16,448 nucleotides of DNA, from assembly GCA_016210175.1 (NCBI GenBank), contig JACQUQ010000057.1, forward strand, positions 1 through 16,448, in the 5' to 3' direction. Both the position numbers and the translations under genes were made by a program. The DNA is from Chloroflexota bacterium. Its GTDB lineage: Bacteria; Chloroflexota; Dehalococcoidia; SHYD01; JACQUQ01. Positions 1 to 7,026 of the stretch are shown here, one piece after another. A model generated the notes under the pieces. That model made no database searches and was not told the origin of the DNA. It saw nothing but the letters and a program-made list of their open reading frames with translations. The stretch's first letter is position 1. Each line of letters begins with the position of its first letter.

Positions 1-673
1 GGCCGCCGCCGTGGATGTCCAATTGCGGCCCCAGGTACTTGATGGACATGGCCGAGCACTCGATGTGCCAGCCGGGGCGGCCGGGCCCCCAGGGGCTCTC
101 CCAAGCGGGCTCCCCCGGCTTGGCCCCCTTCCACAGGACGAAGTCCAGGGGGTCTTCCTTGGCCTCGCCCACCTCGATGCGCGCCCCGGCCCGCATCCCC
201 TCCAGGGTGCGGTGGGACAGCTTGCCGTAGTCCGGGAAGCGGCGCACCCGGTAGTACACGTCGCCCCCCGCGGCATAGGCCACGCCCTTCTGCTCCAGGG
301 TGCGGATGAGGTCGATGATGGCCGGGATCTCCTCGGTCACTCGGGGGTAGGCGTGGGCGCGCTGGACGTGCAGGGCATCCACATCGGCGAAGTACTGGTG
401 GATCATCCGGTCCGCCAGTTCGTGGGCCGGGAGGCCGAGGCGGTTGGCCCGATCGATGAGCTTATCGTCCACGTCGGTGAAGTTCTGGATATGGCGCACC
501 CGGTACCCGCGGTACTCCAGATAGCGGCGGATGACATCGAAGAGAATATAGCTCATGGCGTGGCCCAGGTGGCTCTCCGCGTAGGGGGTCACGCCACACA
601 CGTACATCTTCACGGCGCTGCCGGGGGGCAGAAAGTCCTCGTGCTGCGCCGTGAGCGTGTTGTAGACTCGCAT
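1..673 (-). CDS. cysS: Cysteinyl-tRNA synthetase, N-terminal part; the 3' end lies beyond window position 1. Reverse-strand translation from ATG at 673..671 reads [73 protein letters not shown]...
   Basis: Translated by hand from the reverse complement. It shows the class I HIGH-type signature (HLGH) and a typical CysS N-terminus. It lies directly downstream of cysE, as in the Bacillus gltX-cysE-cysS arrangement. The minus ORF is not in the supplied track because it has no stop within the window. Confidence 0.85.
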   Translation of the reverse strand, partial: MRVYNTLTAQHEDFLPPGSAVKMYVCGVTPYAESHLGHAMSYILFDVIRRYLEYRGYRVRHIQNFTDVDDKLIDRANRLGLPAHELADRMIHQYFADVDALHVQRAHAYPRVTEEIPAIIDLIRTLEQKGVAYAAGGDVYYRVRRFPDYGKLSHRTLEGMRAGARIEVGEAKEDPLDFVLWKGAKPGEPAWESPWGPGRPGWHIECSAMSIKYLGPQLDIHGGG

Positions 674-754
674 GTACGGTCCTCCACGAAGGGTTGCGGA
701 CAGAAGACAGAAGGCCGTAGGCCGCAAAAAGCAGATCTGCCTGCTGCTTTCTGC

Positions 755-1459
755 CTACTGCCTGCTGCTTACGGCCTGCTGCTCTCCGATGGCAGCGGGA
801 CCCGCTGCCTCGGTGGCGCTCAGGCGGGCCTCCAGGGCGGTGAGCCGGGCTTCCAGCTCGGCAATACGGGCCTGGAGCCGCTGCATAAAGTCCCACTCCG
901 GGTCGGGCAGGCGCTCGGTGGTGTCGTTATCGGGGTCACGGATGGCGACCACCCGGCCGGGCACGCCCACGACGGTCGCGTGGCTGGGCACGCTGGTGAC
1001 CACCACCGAGCCGGCGCCGATCTTCACGTCGTCGCCCACGTGGATGGCGCCGATGAGCTTGGCCCCCGCGCCCACCACCACGTTGTTGCCCAGGGTAGGG
1101 TGGCGCTTGGTGCGCTGGGTGCTGGTGCCCCCCAGGGTGACACCCTGGTACAGGGAGCAGTTCTCACCGATCTCCGCCGTCTCCCCGATGACCACGCCCA
1201 TGCCGTGGTCAATGAACAGCCCTTCGCCGAGGCGTGCGCCGGGGTGGATCTCGATGCCGGTGACGAAGCGGCCCAGGTGCGAGATGAGGCGGGGCAGCAG
1301 CGGGACGCGCCGCCGCCAGAGGGGGTGGGCCAGGCGGTGGAACTGCCGGGCATGGAAGCCCGGGTAGGCCAGGATGACCTCCAGGGTGCTGGTCGCCGCG
1401 GGGTCCCGTTCCAGGATCACCTGGATGTCTCGACGCATGCTCTTCACTAGGGCGCGCAT
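755..1459 (-). CDS. cysE: Serine O-acetyltransferase with a hexapeptide-repeat left-handed beta-helix. The internal ATG at 1459 is chosen over the upstream extension of ORF 755..1672.
   Basis: The protein reads [22 protein letters not shown]...[38 protein letters not shown], which is the canonical CysE pattern. GGGAGGA lies 7-8 nt upstream of the ATG at 1459. The upstream in-frame extension is low complexity (P/R/A rich). The C-terminal ~60 aa is an Ala/Leu/Glu-rich heptad-like extension. Confidence 0.9.
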   Translation of the reverse strand: MRALVKSMRRDIQVILERDPAATSTLEVILAYPGFHARQFHRLAHPLWRRRVPLLPRLISHLGRFVTGIEIHPGARLGEGLFIDHGMGVVIGETAEIGENCSLYQGVTLGGTSTQRTKRHPTLGNNVVVGAGAKLIGAIHVGDDVKIGAGSVVVTSVPSHATVVGVPGRVVAIRDPDNDTTERLPDPEWDFMQRLQARIAELEARLTALEARLSATEAAGPAAIGEQQAVSSRQ

Positions 1460-1492
1460 GTGGTCCTCCCGCAATCGCGTGCGCCGGGGCAC

Positions 1493-1516
1493 GGGGTACC
1501 GCCGGTGCGGTACCCC
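1493..1516 (-). promoter_or_regulatory. Perfect 10-bp inverted repeat GGGGTACCGC-N4-GCGGTACCCC in the cysE leader, ~35 nt upstream of the cysE ATG. Possible attenuator stem or operator.
   Basis: The palindrome was read directly from the sequence. No U-tract follows it on the minus strand, so it is not a classical intrinsic terminator. Confidence 0.35.
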
Positions 1517-1604
1517 CGGCGACAGCCGCAGCGCGCAGGCTGGTGCGGGAGCACGGTCGCGCTCGCCGGGCGGAACCGGAGCTGGGGCGGCAACAGTCGT
1601 CGGC

Positions 1605-2117
1605 TTATCCTGACCTCGCAGGGGAACGCTCACGCACGAGCAAGGCAACGGCGTAGGCCGCCATCCCCTCACCCCGACCGGGAAAGCCCAGGCCGTCGGT
1701 CGTCTTGGCCTTCACATTGATCCGGGCCGGGTCGACGCCCGCCATCCGGGCCACCTGCCCGCGCATCTCCTCGATGTAGGGCGCCAGACGGGGGGCCTGG
1801 GCCACCACCGTCGTATCGATATTCTGGATCCGCCAGCCGTGGTCCGCCAGCAGGTGCCGGGTCTGCTCCAGCAGGGCCAGGCTGGAGATGCCCCGGTAGC
1901 GCGGGTCACCGCTGGGGAAGTGCCGGCCGATGTCGCCCAGGCCCGCCGCGCCCAACAACGCATCAATGATGGCGTGGCTCAGGACATCGGCATCGCTGTA
2001 GCCCACCAGCCCGCGGTCGGCCGGGATGGTCACACCGCCCAGCACCAGGGCCTCACCCTCCGCCAGGGCGTGGGCGTCGAAGCCAAAGCCGACGCGGTGG
2101 TCCGGGGGGAGGTCCAT
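1605..2117 (-). CDS. ispF: 2-C-methyl-D-erythritol 2,4-cyclodiphosphate synthase. The internal ATG at 2117 gives a 170-aa protein; the longer 333-aa ORF is rejected.
   Basis: The protein reads [68 protein letters not shown], the IspF signature (zinc ligands D/H, GYSDADV). It sits 14 nt downstream of the ispD stop. The upstream extension is an Arg/Gly-rich artefact. Confidence 0.9.
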   Translation of the reverse strand: MDLPPDHRVGFGFDAHALAEGEALVLGGVTIPADRGLVGYSDADVLSHAIIDALLGAAGLGDIGRHFPSGDPRYRGISSLALLEQTRHLLADHGWRIQNIDTTVVAQAPRLAPYIEEMRGQVARMAGVDPARINVKAKTTDGLGFPGRGEGMAAYAVALLVRERSPARSG

Positions 2118-2131
2118 GCCGCTCGCTGGTC

Positions 2132-2845
2132 TCACCGGGATGCCACCTGGGAGCCAGCGCCCTGCCGAAAGCGCAGCACCGCCTCGGCCAGGACGAGGTC
2201 TGGGGGCCGCGTCACCTTCACGTTGCCGGGCGAGCCGGGAAAGACCCGCACCCGGACCCCTAGGCGCTCGACCAGGGCCGCATCGTCGGTCGCCTCGTCC
2301 TGGGGCTGCCCGTAGGCCGCGCGTAGTATAGCATAGCGAAAGGCCTGGGGTGTTTGCACCGCCCACAGTCCCGCCCGGGACACCGTCTCGCGCACCAGCC
2401 CGCTGGCGTCCACCCGCTTGACCGTGTCGGCCACGGGCAGGCCCGGCACCGCCGCGCCGGTCTCCTGGGCGGCGTCCAGGGCCGCCTCGATAAGCTCGGC
2501 ATCGAGACAGGGGCGCGCGCCATCGTGGACCAGCACCCAGGCGCACGGCCCCAGCGCGGCCAGCCCCGCGGCAACCGAGTCCTGGCGCCGCGCCCCACCG
2601 GGGCACAGCGTCACCGCCCCGGTCCAGCCCTCCCGCGCCACCAGATCACGCCCGGCGGGGAGCACATCCTCCCGGAGGACGAGCACGATATGCTCGACCC
2701 TGGGCGCGTGGATGAAGGGCTCCACCGACCAGGCCAGGAGCGGACGGCCGGCCAGGGGAGCAAAGATCTTGTCCAGCGCGCCCATGCGGGTGCTCTGCCC
2801 CGCAGCGACAATGATGGCTCCGACCGGACCAGTCTCGTTCGGCAA
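2132..2845 (-). CDS. ispD: 2-C-methyl-D-erythritol 4-phosphate cytidylyltransferase with a TTG start.
   Basis: The N-terminus VGAIIVAAGQSTRMG is the IspD glycine-rich nucleotide-binding loop. Only 4 codons separate the TTG from an upstream in-frame TAG. The RBS AAAGG sits 7 nt upstream. Gene order ispD-ispF is conserved. Confidence 0.85.
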   Translation of the reverse strand: MPNETGPVGAIIVAAGQSTRMGALDKIFAPLAGRPLLAWSVEPFIHAPRVEHIVLVLREDVLPAGRDLVAREGWTGAVTLCPGGARRQDSVAAGLAALGPCAWVLVHDGARPCLDAELIEAALDAAQETGAAVPGLPVADTVKRVDASGLVRETVSRAGLWAVQTPQAFRYAILRAAYGQPQDEATDDAALVERLGVRVRVFPGSPGNVKVTRPPDLVLAEAVLRFRQGAGSQVASR

Positions 2846-2903
2846 TACCTTACCTTTCTACGATAAGACAGGCGTGCGTGATGTCATGCTGAGGCCCGCA
2901 GGC

Positions 2904-2955
2904 CGAAGCATCCGTAGCCCCCGTGGGTTGGAACACCAGGAGTACGGATGCTTCG
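2904..2955. repeat. 13-bp perfect inverted repeat CGAAGCATCCGTA / TACGGATGCTTCG with a 26-nt loop, in the yacL-ispD intergenic region.
   Basis: Read directly from the sequence. Preceded by GCCGAAGC. Confidence 0.6.
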
Positions 2956-2962
2956 CGGAGTT

Positions 2963-2992
2963 CACCCTGAGCCTGTCGAAGGGCTCAGGGTG
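2963..2992. repeat. Hairpin with an 11-bp stem CACCCTGAGCC / GGCTCAGGGTG and loop TGTCGAAG. Copy A of a motif also found at 4487-4547.
   Basis: Perfect stem read directly. The core GGAGTTyAyCCTGAGC..CGAAGGrCTCAGGG is shared with the second locus. Confidence 0.6.
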
Positions 2993-3064
2993 ACAAATAT
3001 CGCGCACCTTTCAGCATTATGAGTATCTTGCAAACTCTTGAGCCAACTTCACCCCCAGCCCCTT

Positions 3065-3115
3065 CCCCACCCGAGGAGGGAGAGGACGGTTCTCCTTCCT
3101 CGAAGCGGGGTGGGG
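3065..3115 (+). other. Long imperfect hairpin. The outer stem is CCCCACCC/GGGTGGGG (8 bp) and the inner stem is GAGGAGGGAG/CTCCTTCCTC (10 bp with one G-T pair), with an asymmetric internal loop. It lies immediately downstream of the yacL stop.
   Basis: Read directly. The G-T wobble is only a valid pair in plus-strand RNA; it becomes a C-A mismatch on the minus strand. The hairpin could act as a terminator or processing structure after yacL, but it lacks a U-tract. Confidence 0.4.
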
Positions 3116-3140
3116 GCCAGCGGGACAAGCCCGCGCATCC

Positions 3141-4196
3141 CTACTCCGCCAGCTTGGGCTGGGCGAAGATCATGCGGCCGGCCACCGTCTGCAACACCCG
3201 GGTGACGATGATACTAATGATCTGGTTGAGGTAGCGTCGCCCACCTTCCACCACCACCATCGTCCCATCGTCCAGGAACCCCACCCCCTGACCGGCCTCT
3301 TTGCCTTCCTGAATGATGCGGACCGCCATTTCTTCGCCGGGCAATACTACCGATTTGACGGCATTGGCCAGCGCGTTGATGTTCAAGACCCGCACACCCT
3401 GGAGCTCTGCCACCCGGTTGAGGTTGAAATCGTTGGTAATGATGGGGCTCCGCGTGCTCCGGGCCAGCTTAATCAGCTTCGCATCAACCTCATGCACATC
3501 GTCGAAGTCGATGTCATTGATCTCGATCGGGACATCCGATTCCTTCTGGAGTTTGTTGAGCATCTCCAGGCCCCGGCGACCCCGGTTGCGCCGCAAGGGA
3601 TCGGGGGAATCCGCGATATGCCGCAACTCATCCAACACGAAGCGGGGAAGAACGAGGGTTCCCCGGACAAACCCGGTCTGACTGATGTCGGCGATCCGAC
3701 CATCAATAATAGCGCTGGTATCGAGAACGATCTTTTCCCCGCCCTCGTTGCGAGGTGCGAGCACGGCCCCGCTCGGGAAGTAACTCGCGAAGGCCTGACG
3801 CAGGTCGTGCTCGCGCATGACCATAATAGCAATGCCCAGGTAGCTCAGCATCACCGCGGTGACCAGCGGCAGGAACTTGCCGAAGTTGCCCGGCAGCAGT
3901 GACATGGGGAGCGATACCAGGGCAGCAATAATGAGACCGATAATTAAGCCGATGGTGCCGGCCAGCAGGGTGTTGGCCGGGATCTGCTTGAGTTCGCCGC
4001 GGACCCAGCGGAAGGGCGCAATAATCAGGTACGGGGTGACGAGCAGGCCCAGGGCTGCGCCGGCCAAGACCATGGAGATGACCCACGGGATAAGTTCCTG
4101 GGGAACATTCCGCCCGACCAGGGCCTCGCTCACCAGCCAGCCCAGGTAGCCGAAGATAATCATACCGATGAGGCGCAAAAAGAATTCGACGGACAT
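3141..4196 (-). CDS. yacL: PIN plus TRAM domain membrane-associated protein (YacL family). ATG at 4196 is preferred over the GTG at 4205.
   Basis: The N-terminus has several TM helices. These are followed by a PIN-like region (VLDTSAIIDGRI...) and a C-terminal TRAM-like region. Its position immediately upstream of ispD matches Bacillus yacL-yacM(ispD)-yacN(ispF). The RBS AAAGGAGGTGA lies 8 nt before ATG 4196. Confidence 0.8.
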   Translation of the reverse strand: MSVEFFLRLIGMIIFGYLGWLVSEALVGRNVPQELIPWVISMVLAGAALGLLVTPYLIIAPFRWVRGELKQIPANTLLAGTIGLIIGLIIAALVSLPMSLLPGNFGKFLPLVTAVMLSYLGIAIMVMREHDLRQAFASYFPSGAVLAPRNEGGEKIVLDTSAIIDGRIADISQTGFVRGTLVLPRFVLDELRHIADSPDPLRRNRGRRGLEMLNKLQKESDVPIEINDIDFDDVHEVDAKLIKLARSTRSPIITNDFNLNRVAELQGVRVLNINALANAVKSVVLPGEEMAVRIIQEGKEAGQGVGFLDDGTMVVVEGGRRYLNQIISIIVTRVLQTVAGRMIFAQPKLAE

Positions 4197-4370
4197 CCAT
4201 CTCACCTCCTTTGTGTCAGGATCTCCGCCAGCAGCACGGCACGAGGCATGGCAATTGGGTGCACCGTCCCACCACCCGGTTCGGTCGTGGCTGTCCTCCC
4301 TCCTTTCTGGCGTCGCAGGCAGTGCGTCCCGTGCGGCGACGGGGCACCTGTGTACGTACTTTTCCTTTCA

Positions 4371-4399
4371 ATCCTAGCATGTGCCCTACTACGTGTCAA
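4371..4399 (-). promoter_or_regulatory. Putative sigma-70-type promoter for yacL: -35 TTGACA, 17-nt spacer, -10 TAGGAT, on the minus strand.
   Basis: TTGACA is the reverse complement of 4394-4399 and TAGGAT of 4371-4376, giving exactly 17 nt between them. The implied leader to the yacL ATG is about 165 nt. Confidence 0.45.
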
Positions 4400-4486
4400 A
4401 ACGCGTGACCGGCGCAGCCCGGCCTTGTCATGTTCCCGGCTGGCCGTGGGAAGCCCGTTTGTGGTAAGCCGAAGCCTGCCCTGATT

Positions 4487-4547
4487 CCCTGCGACGGAGT
4501 TTATCCTGAGCGCAGCCGAAGGACTCAGGGGAAACTCCGTCGCAGGG
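4487..4547. repeat. Copy B of the recurrent motif. A 16-bp perfect outer stem CCCTGCGACGGAGTTT / AAACTCCGTCGCAGGG encloses the inner hairpin CCTGAG..CGAAGG..CTCAGG. It sits between the divergent yacL and cNMP-gene promoters.
   Basis: Read directly. It shares a core of about 35 nt, and the GCCGAAGC box, with 2963-2992. Confidence 0.6.
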
Positions 4548-4658
4548 AACCAGGAACGGGCGGGTCCGTTCCCCTTCCGACGGGCTCCGGGCAGACGGAC
4601 CTGACTGACGACCCTTTCCCTGAAAACGAAAAAGCCCTGGGAGCCGACGCTTCCCACC

Positions 4659-4698
4659 TTGACATCTGCCCTATGAAGTAGGACGATACCCCTATAAT
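4659..4698 (+). promoter_or_regulatory. Putative promoter region for the cNMP-domain gene. A perfect TATAAT sits at 4693-4698. A perfect TTGACA at 4659-4664 is 28 nt upstream, which is non-canonical spacing.
   Basis: Hexamers read directly. The -35 assignment is uncertain. The promoter position implies the track ATG at 4699 is not the start. Confidence 0.35.
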
Positions 4699-4797
4699 AT
4701 GGGAGAGAAAGGAGGTGGAGCGCACGGAAGGCGCTCGTGGGGCGCACGCACGGACGGAGCAGCAGGGTGCGGTACTCTGCGAGAAGGAGTGGGAGCC

Positions 4798-5610
4798 ATG
4801 ATGCGCTCCGGGGTTCTCCAAGATGCGGATTGGCTGGCCTTCGGGGGGATCATAGTGGGCAGCGCCGTGGGCGCGGCGTCCCTGATGGCGATACTCGGAG
4901 GGTACATCCTGGTGCTGACCCTCCTGACGATGATCGGCTTCGGGGTGGTGGGCTACGGCATCGCCCTTGGCATCCGGAGGGCGATGGCGGGGGCAGCGGT
5001 CTGGTCGGGGAAGCAGGCGAAGGCCGTGGCGCCGACGTCGGCAGACCGGGCGTTGCCGCGGGAGCGCGCGGCGCCGGTAGCGGGAGCGGACCAGGTACGC
5101 GTGTGCGGGTGCCCTGCAAGCACTCTGGCGGTGACCGTAGACGATCTCCTGCACGTGGATATCTTCCAGAACCTCGCCCCGGCACAGTTGGCCCTGGTCG
5201 CAGCCCTGGGACGCAGCGAAGACCGGGGCCACGGGGACGTGCTGGGAGACCAGGGCAGTCGGGGCGTGGCGCTGTACCTCATTCTGGCCGGGCAGGTCGA
5301 ACTGCTGACCGTGACCCCTATGGGCGAGTTGACGGTACGGGTCGCCGGGGTGGGGGAGTCGCTGCCGCTGGCCGCGCTCATCGGGGATGGTACCCTGATT
5401 ACCAAGGCGGTGGCCCTGAGCGAGGTACGGCTCGCCGTGATCCCCCGTGCGGCCCTGTTGGACCTGTGCGCCGCACACCCGGACATCGGGATGCACCTTT
5501 TCCGGGCGGTGGCGGAGATCCTGGCCGTACGCTACCAGAGCACTCTGCACCGCTTGGGCCAGAGCATGGACCAGGCTCTGCGCCAGCCGGAGCTGTGGGC
5601 CAACGTCTAG
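4798..5610 (+). CDS. Membrane-anchored protein with two N-terminal TM helices and a C-terminal cyclic-nucleotide-binding-like (CAP/Crp effector family) domain. Start is ATG 4798, not the track start 4699.
   Basis: The RBS AAGGAG lies 8 nt upstream of ATG 4798. The hydrophobic stretch LAFGGIIVGSAVGAASLMAILGGYILVLTLLTMIGFGVVGYGIALGI forms the TM helices. The cNMP fold pattern runs LLHVDIFQNLAPAQL...YLILAGQVELL...GESLPLAAL...AVIPRAALLDL. The canonical phosphate-binding-cassette Arg is absent. Confidence 0.7.
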   Translation: MMRSGVLQDADWLAFGGIIVGSAVGAASLMAILGGYILVLTLLTMIGFGVVGYGIALGIRRAMAGAAVWSGKQAKAVAPTSADRALPRERAAPVAGADQVRVCGCPASTLAVTVDDLLHVDIFQNLAPAQLALVAALGRSEDRGHGDVLGDQGSRGVALYLILAGQVELLTVTPMGELTVRVAGVGESLPLAALIGDGTLITKAVALSEVRLAVIPRAALLDLCAAHPDIGMHLFRAVAEILAVRYQSTLHRLGQSMDQALRQPELWANV

Positions 5611-5673
5611 GGAACCGGGCGGGAGCGGGGGCTGCCGGTGCTGGAGGGCAGCGCCCAGGAAGGAGGAGCCGGG

Positions 5674-5871
5674 ATGCACGTGCTGCGCAGTCCACGGGGA
5701 TTCTTAACGAAAGAAGCGGCGCTCCGGGCCATTTTGTACCGCATGGAGCGCTCGCCCGCGTACCGGCCGCGCGGCTATGCGGTCGGCATGGCCGGCATCC
5801 TTCAGGCCCGGGAGCACCTGGAGGCCTGGCAGGAGTTGCTGGAGGACTACTACGGCGAAGGCAGCGCGTAG
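5674..5871 (+). CDS. Small hypothetical protein of 65 aa (MHVLRSPRGFLTKEAALRAILYRMERSPAYRPRGYAVGMAGILQAREHLEAWQELLEDYYGEGSA). It is probably co-transcribed with the upstream cNMP-domain gene.
   Basis: A strong RBS GGAAGGAGGAG lies 5 nt upstream. The third codon position is strongly G/C (GC3) across the frame. A clean terminator follows. No family is recognised. Confidence 0.5.
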   Translation: MHVLRSPRGFLTKEAALRAILYRMERSPAYRPRGYAVGMAGILQAREHLEAWQELLEDYYGEGSA

Positions 5872-5930
5872 GTGCGGTCCCGCGCCGGGTCCCGGTGGTC
5901 CCCAGGCGTGGAGCGCTGCCGCGACAGCAA

Positions 5931-5963
5931 AGCCGTCCCTCCCGGAGGGACGGCTCGTTTTTT
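5931..5963. terminator. Rho-independent terminator. The stem is AGCCGTCCCT / AGGGACGGCT (10 bp), the loop is CCCGG, and a T6 run follows on the plus strand. It is shared by the convergent genes 5674-5871 (+) and ttuA (-).
   Basis: Read directly. The A-tract on the other side gives a weaker minus-strand function. Confidence 0.8.
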
Positions 5964-6034
5964 GTGGAAGATGGGGAGTACCGTCACGCCCAGGTCAAGA
6001 ACCGTTGACATGCCGCGGTGCGCTGGGCGCGTCC

Positions 6035-7021
6035 TTACCCGTCAGCGGTGGTCATCACCGCTTCGGACGAGGGGGCAGCCGCATGGGGTCGGCGGCCCCG
6101 CTGCCCGCTCCGCGGTTCCCGCTCCCGCAGCCGCACCACGTCCATCATGCGGCAAAAGGCGCACACGGGCGTCGTCGTCGGCTGGCCGCACTGCTCGCAC
6201 TCCCGCAGTTCGGTATTATCCACCTCGCGGAATACCGGGCGCCCCTTCTCCAGGAAGCCCAGCAGCAGGTTGTGCTTGGCGCCGGGGGAGTGCTTCTCCA
6301 GCAGGTTCAGCACCTCCTTATAGACCAGGGAGCGGGCGCCCTGGGCCATGGGGCACTCTTCCGGGACGTAGTCGATGCCCTGGATGATCGCGTAGCTCAC
6401 GGTCTCCTGCTCGGTGAGGCGGAACAGGGGCTTGACCTTCTTCACCAGGCCGGGGTGGGTGGCCTCCAGGACCGGCGACTGGCGGGAGAGGTAGCCCATC
6501 TGCCAGTGGAGGAGGTTGCCCAGCAAGGTCGCCACCTCGTCATCGAGGTTGTGGCCGGTCGCCACCACGCGGTAGCCGCCCTCCAGGGCAACTTTGTTGA
6601 AGAGGTAGCGCTTGCTCAGGCCGCAGGCCGAGCAGGGCACCCGGCGCGCGTGCTGGGCCAGCCCCTTGACGCCGTGGCCGTAGTCCTGCTCCAGTTCCAC
6701 CACGCGGAGCGCCGCATCGCGCGCCGCCGCGAAGGCTTCGCTCTTCGCGCGGGAGTGGTCGGAGTACTCGGCGATGCCCAGGTCAATGTACAGGCCGTCC
6801 GCCTGGTAGCCGTGGCGCAGCAGCACATCCCAGAGGGCCAGGCTGTCCTTGCCGCCGGAGATAGCCACCAGGATGCGGTCGTCCTGGGTGAACATGCGCT
6901 CCTCACGGACGGCCTTGAGCACCTGGTTATCGAAGTAGTCCAGGAAATGGGAGCGGCAGAAGGCGGAATGGTGCCGCCGCACCTCGACCCAGGCCGTCTG
7001 CTTGCACTTGATACAGAGCAT
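6035..7021 (-). CDS. ttuA: PP-loop ATPase of the TtuA/Ncs6 family, a tRNA 2-thiolation enzyme. It has N- and C-terminal zinc fingers and an SGGKDS PP-loop.
   Basis: The N-terminus MLCIKCKQTAWVEVRRHHSAFCRSHF shows a CxxC...CxxH arrangement. It also carries ILVAISGGKDSLALWDVL, PCSACGLSKRY and C-terminal CEQCG...CAFC. The overall pattern closely resembles Thermus TtuA. It is immediately downstream of a ThiS-like GG protein. Confidence 0.8.
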   Translation of the reverse strand: MLCIKCKQTAWVEVRRHHSAFCRSHFLDYFDNQVLKAVREERMFTQDDRILVAISGGKDSLALWDVLLRHGYQADGLYIDLGIAEYSDHSRAKSEAFAAARDAALRVVELEQDYGHGVKGLAQHARRVPCSACGLSKRYLFNKVALEGGYRVVATGHNLDDEVATLLGNLLHWQMGYLSRQSPVLEATHPGLVKKVKPLFRLTEQETVSYAIIQGIDYVPEECPMAQGARSLVYKEVLNLLEKHSPGAKHNLLLGFLEKGRPVFREVDNTELRECEQCGQPTTTPVCAFCRMMDVVRLREREPRSGQRGRRPHAAAPSSEAVMTTADG

Positions 7022-7026
7022 GGCTG

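Noticed and set aside
11-1450. 479-aa plus-strand ORF spanning the cysS/cysE region.
   Set aside because: It lies antisense to two well-supported genes (cysS with HIGH motif, cysE hexapeptide repeats). Its product is Gly/Ala/Pro/Arg-rich low complexity, typical of GC-driven open frames.
1605-2606. 333-aa long form of the ispF ORF.
   Set aside because: The conserved IspF domain begins at the internal Met (2117). The upstream 163 residues are Arg/Gly/Pro-rich and overlap the ispD coding region in another frame.
4505-4530. Possible hammerhead ribozyme core (CUGA...CGAAGG) in the recurrent hairpin motif.
   Set aside because: The conserved CUGAUGA and GAAAC elements and the three-stem arrangement are not present. 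The resemblance is limited to CUGA and GAA.
4699-4797. Upstream ATG at 4699 as the start of the cNMP-domain gene.
   Set aside because: That ATG lies immediately after the perfect TATAAT -10 element, so it would be upstream of the transcript start. The added 33 residues are Gly/Arg-rich. ATG 4798 has a well-spaced AAGGAG.
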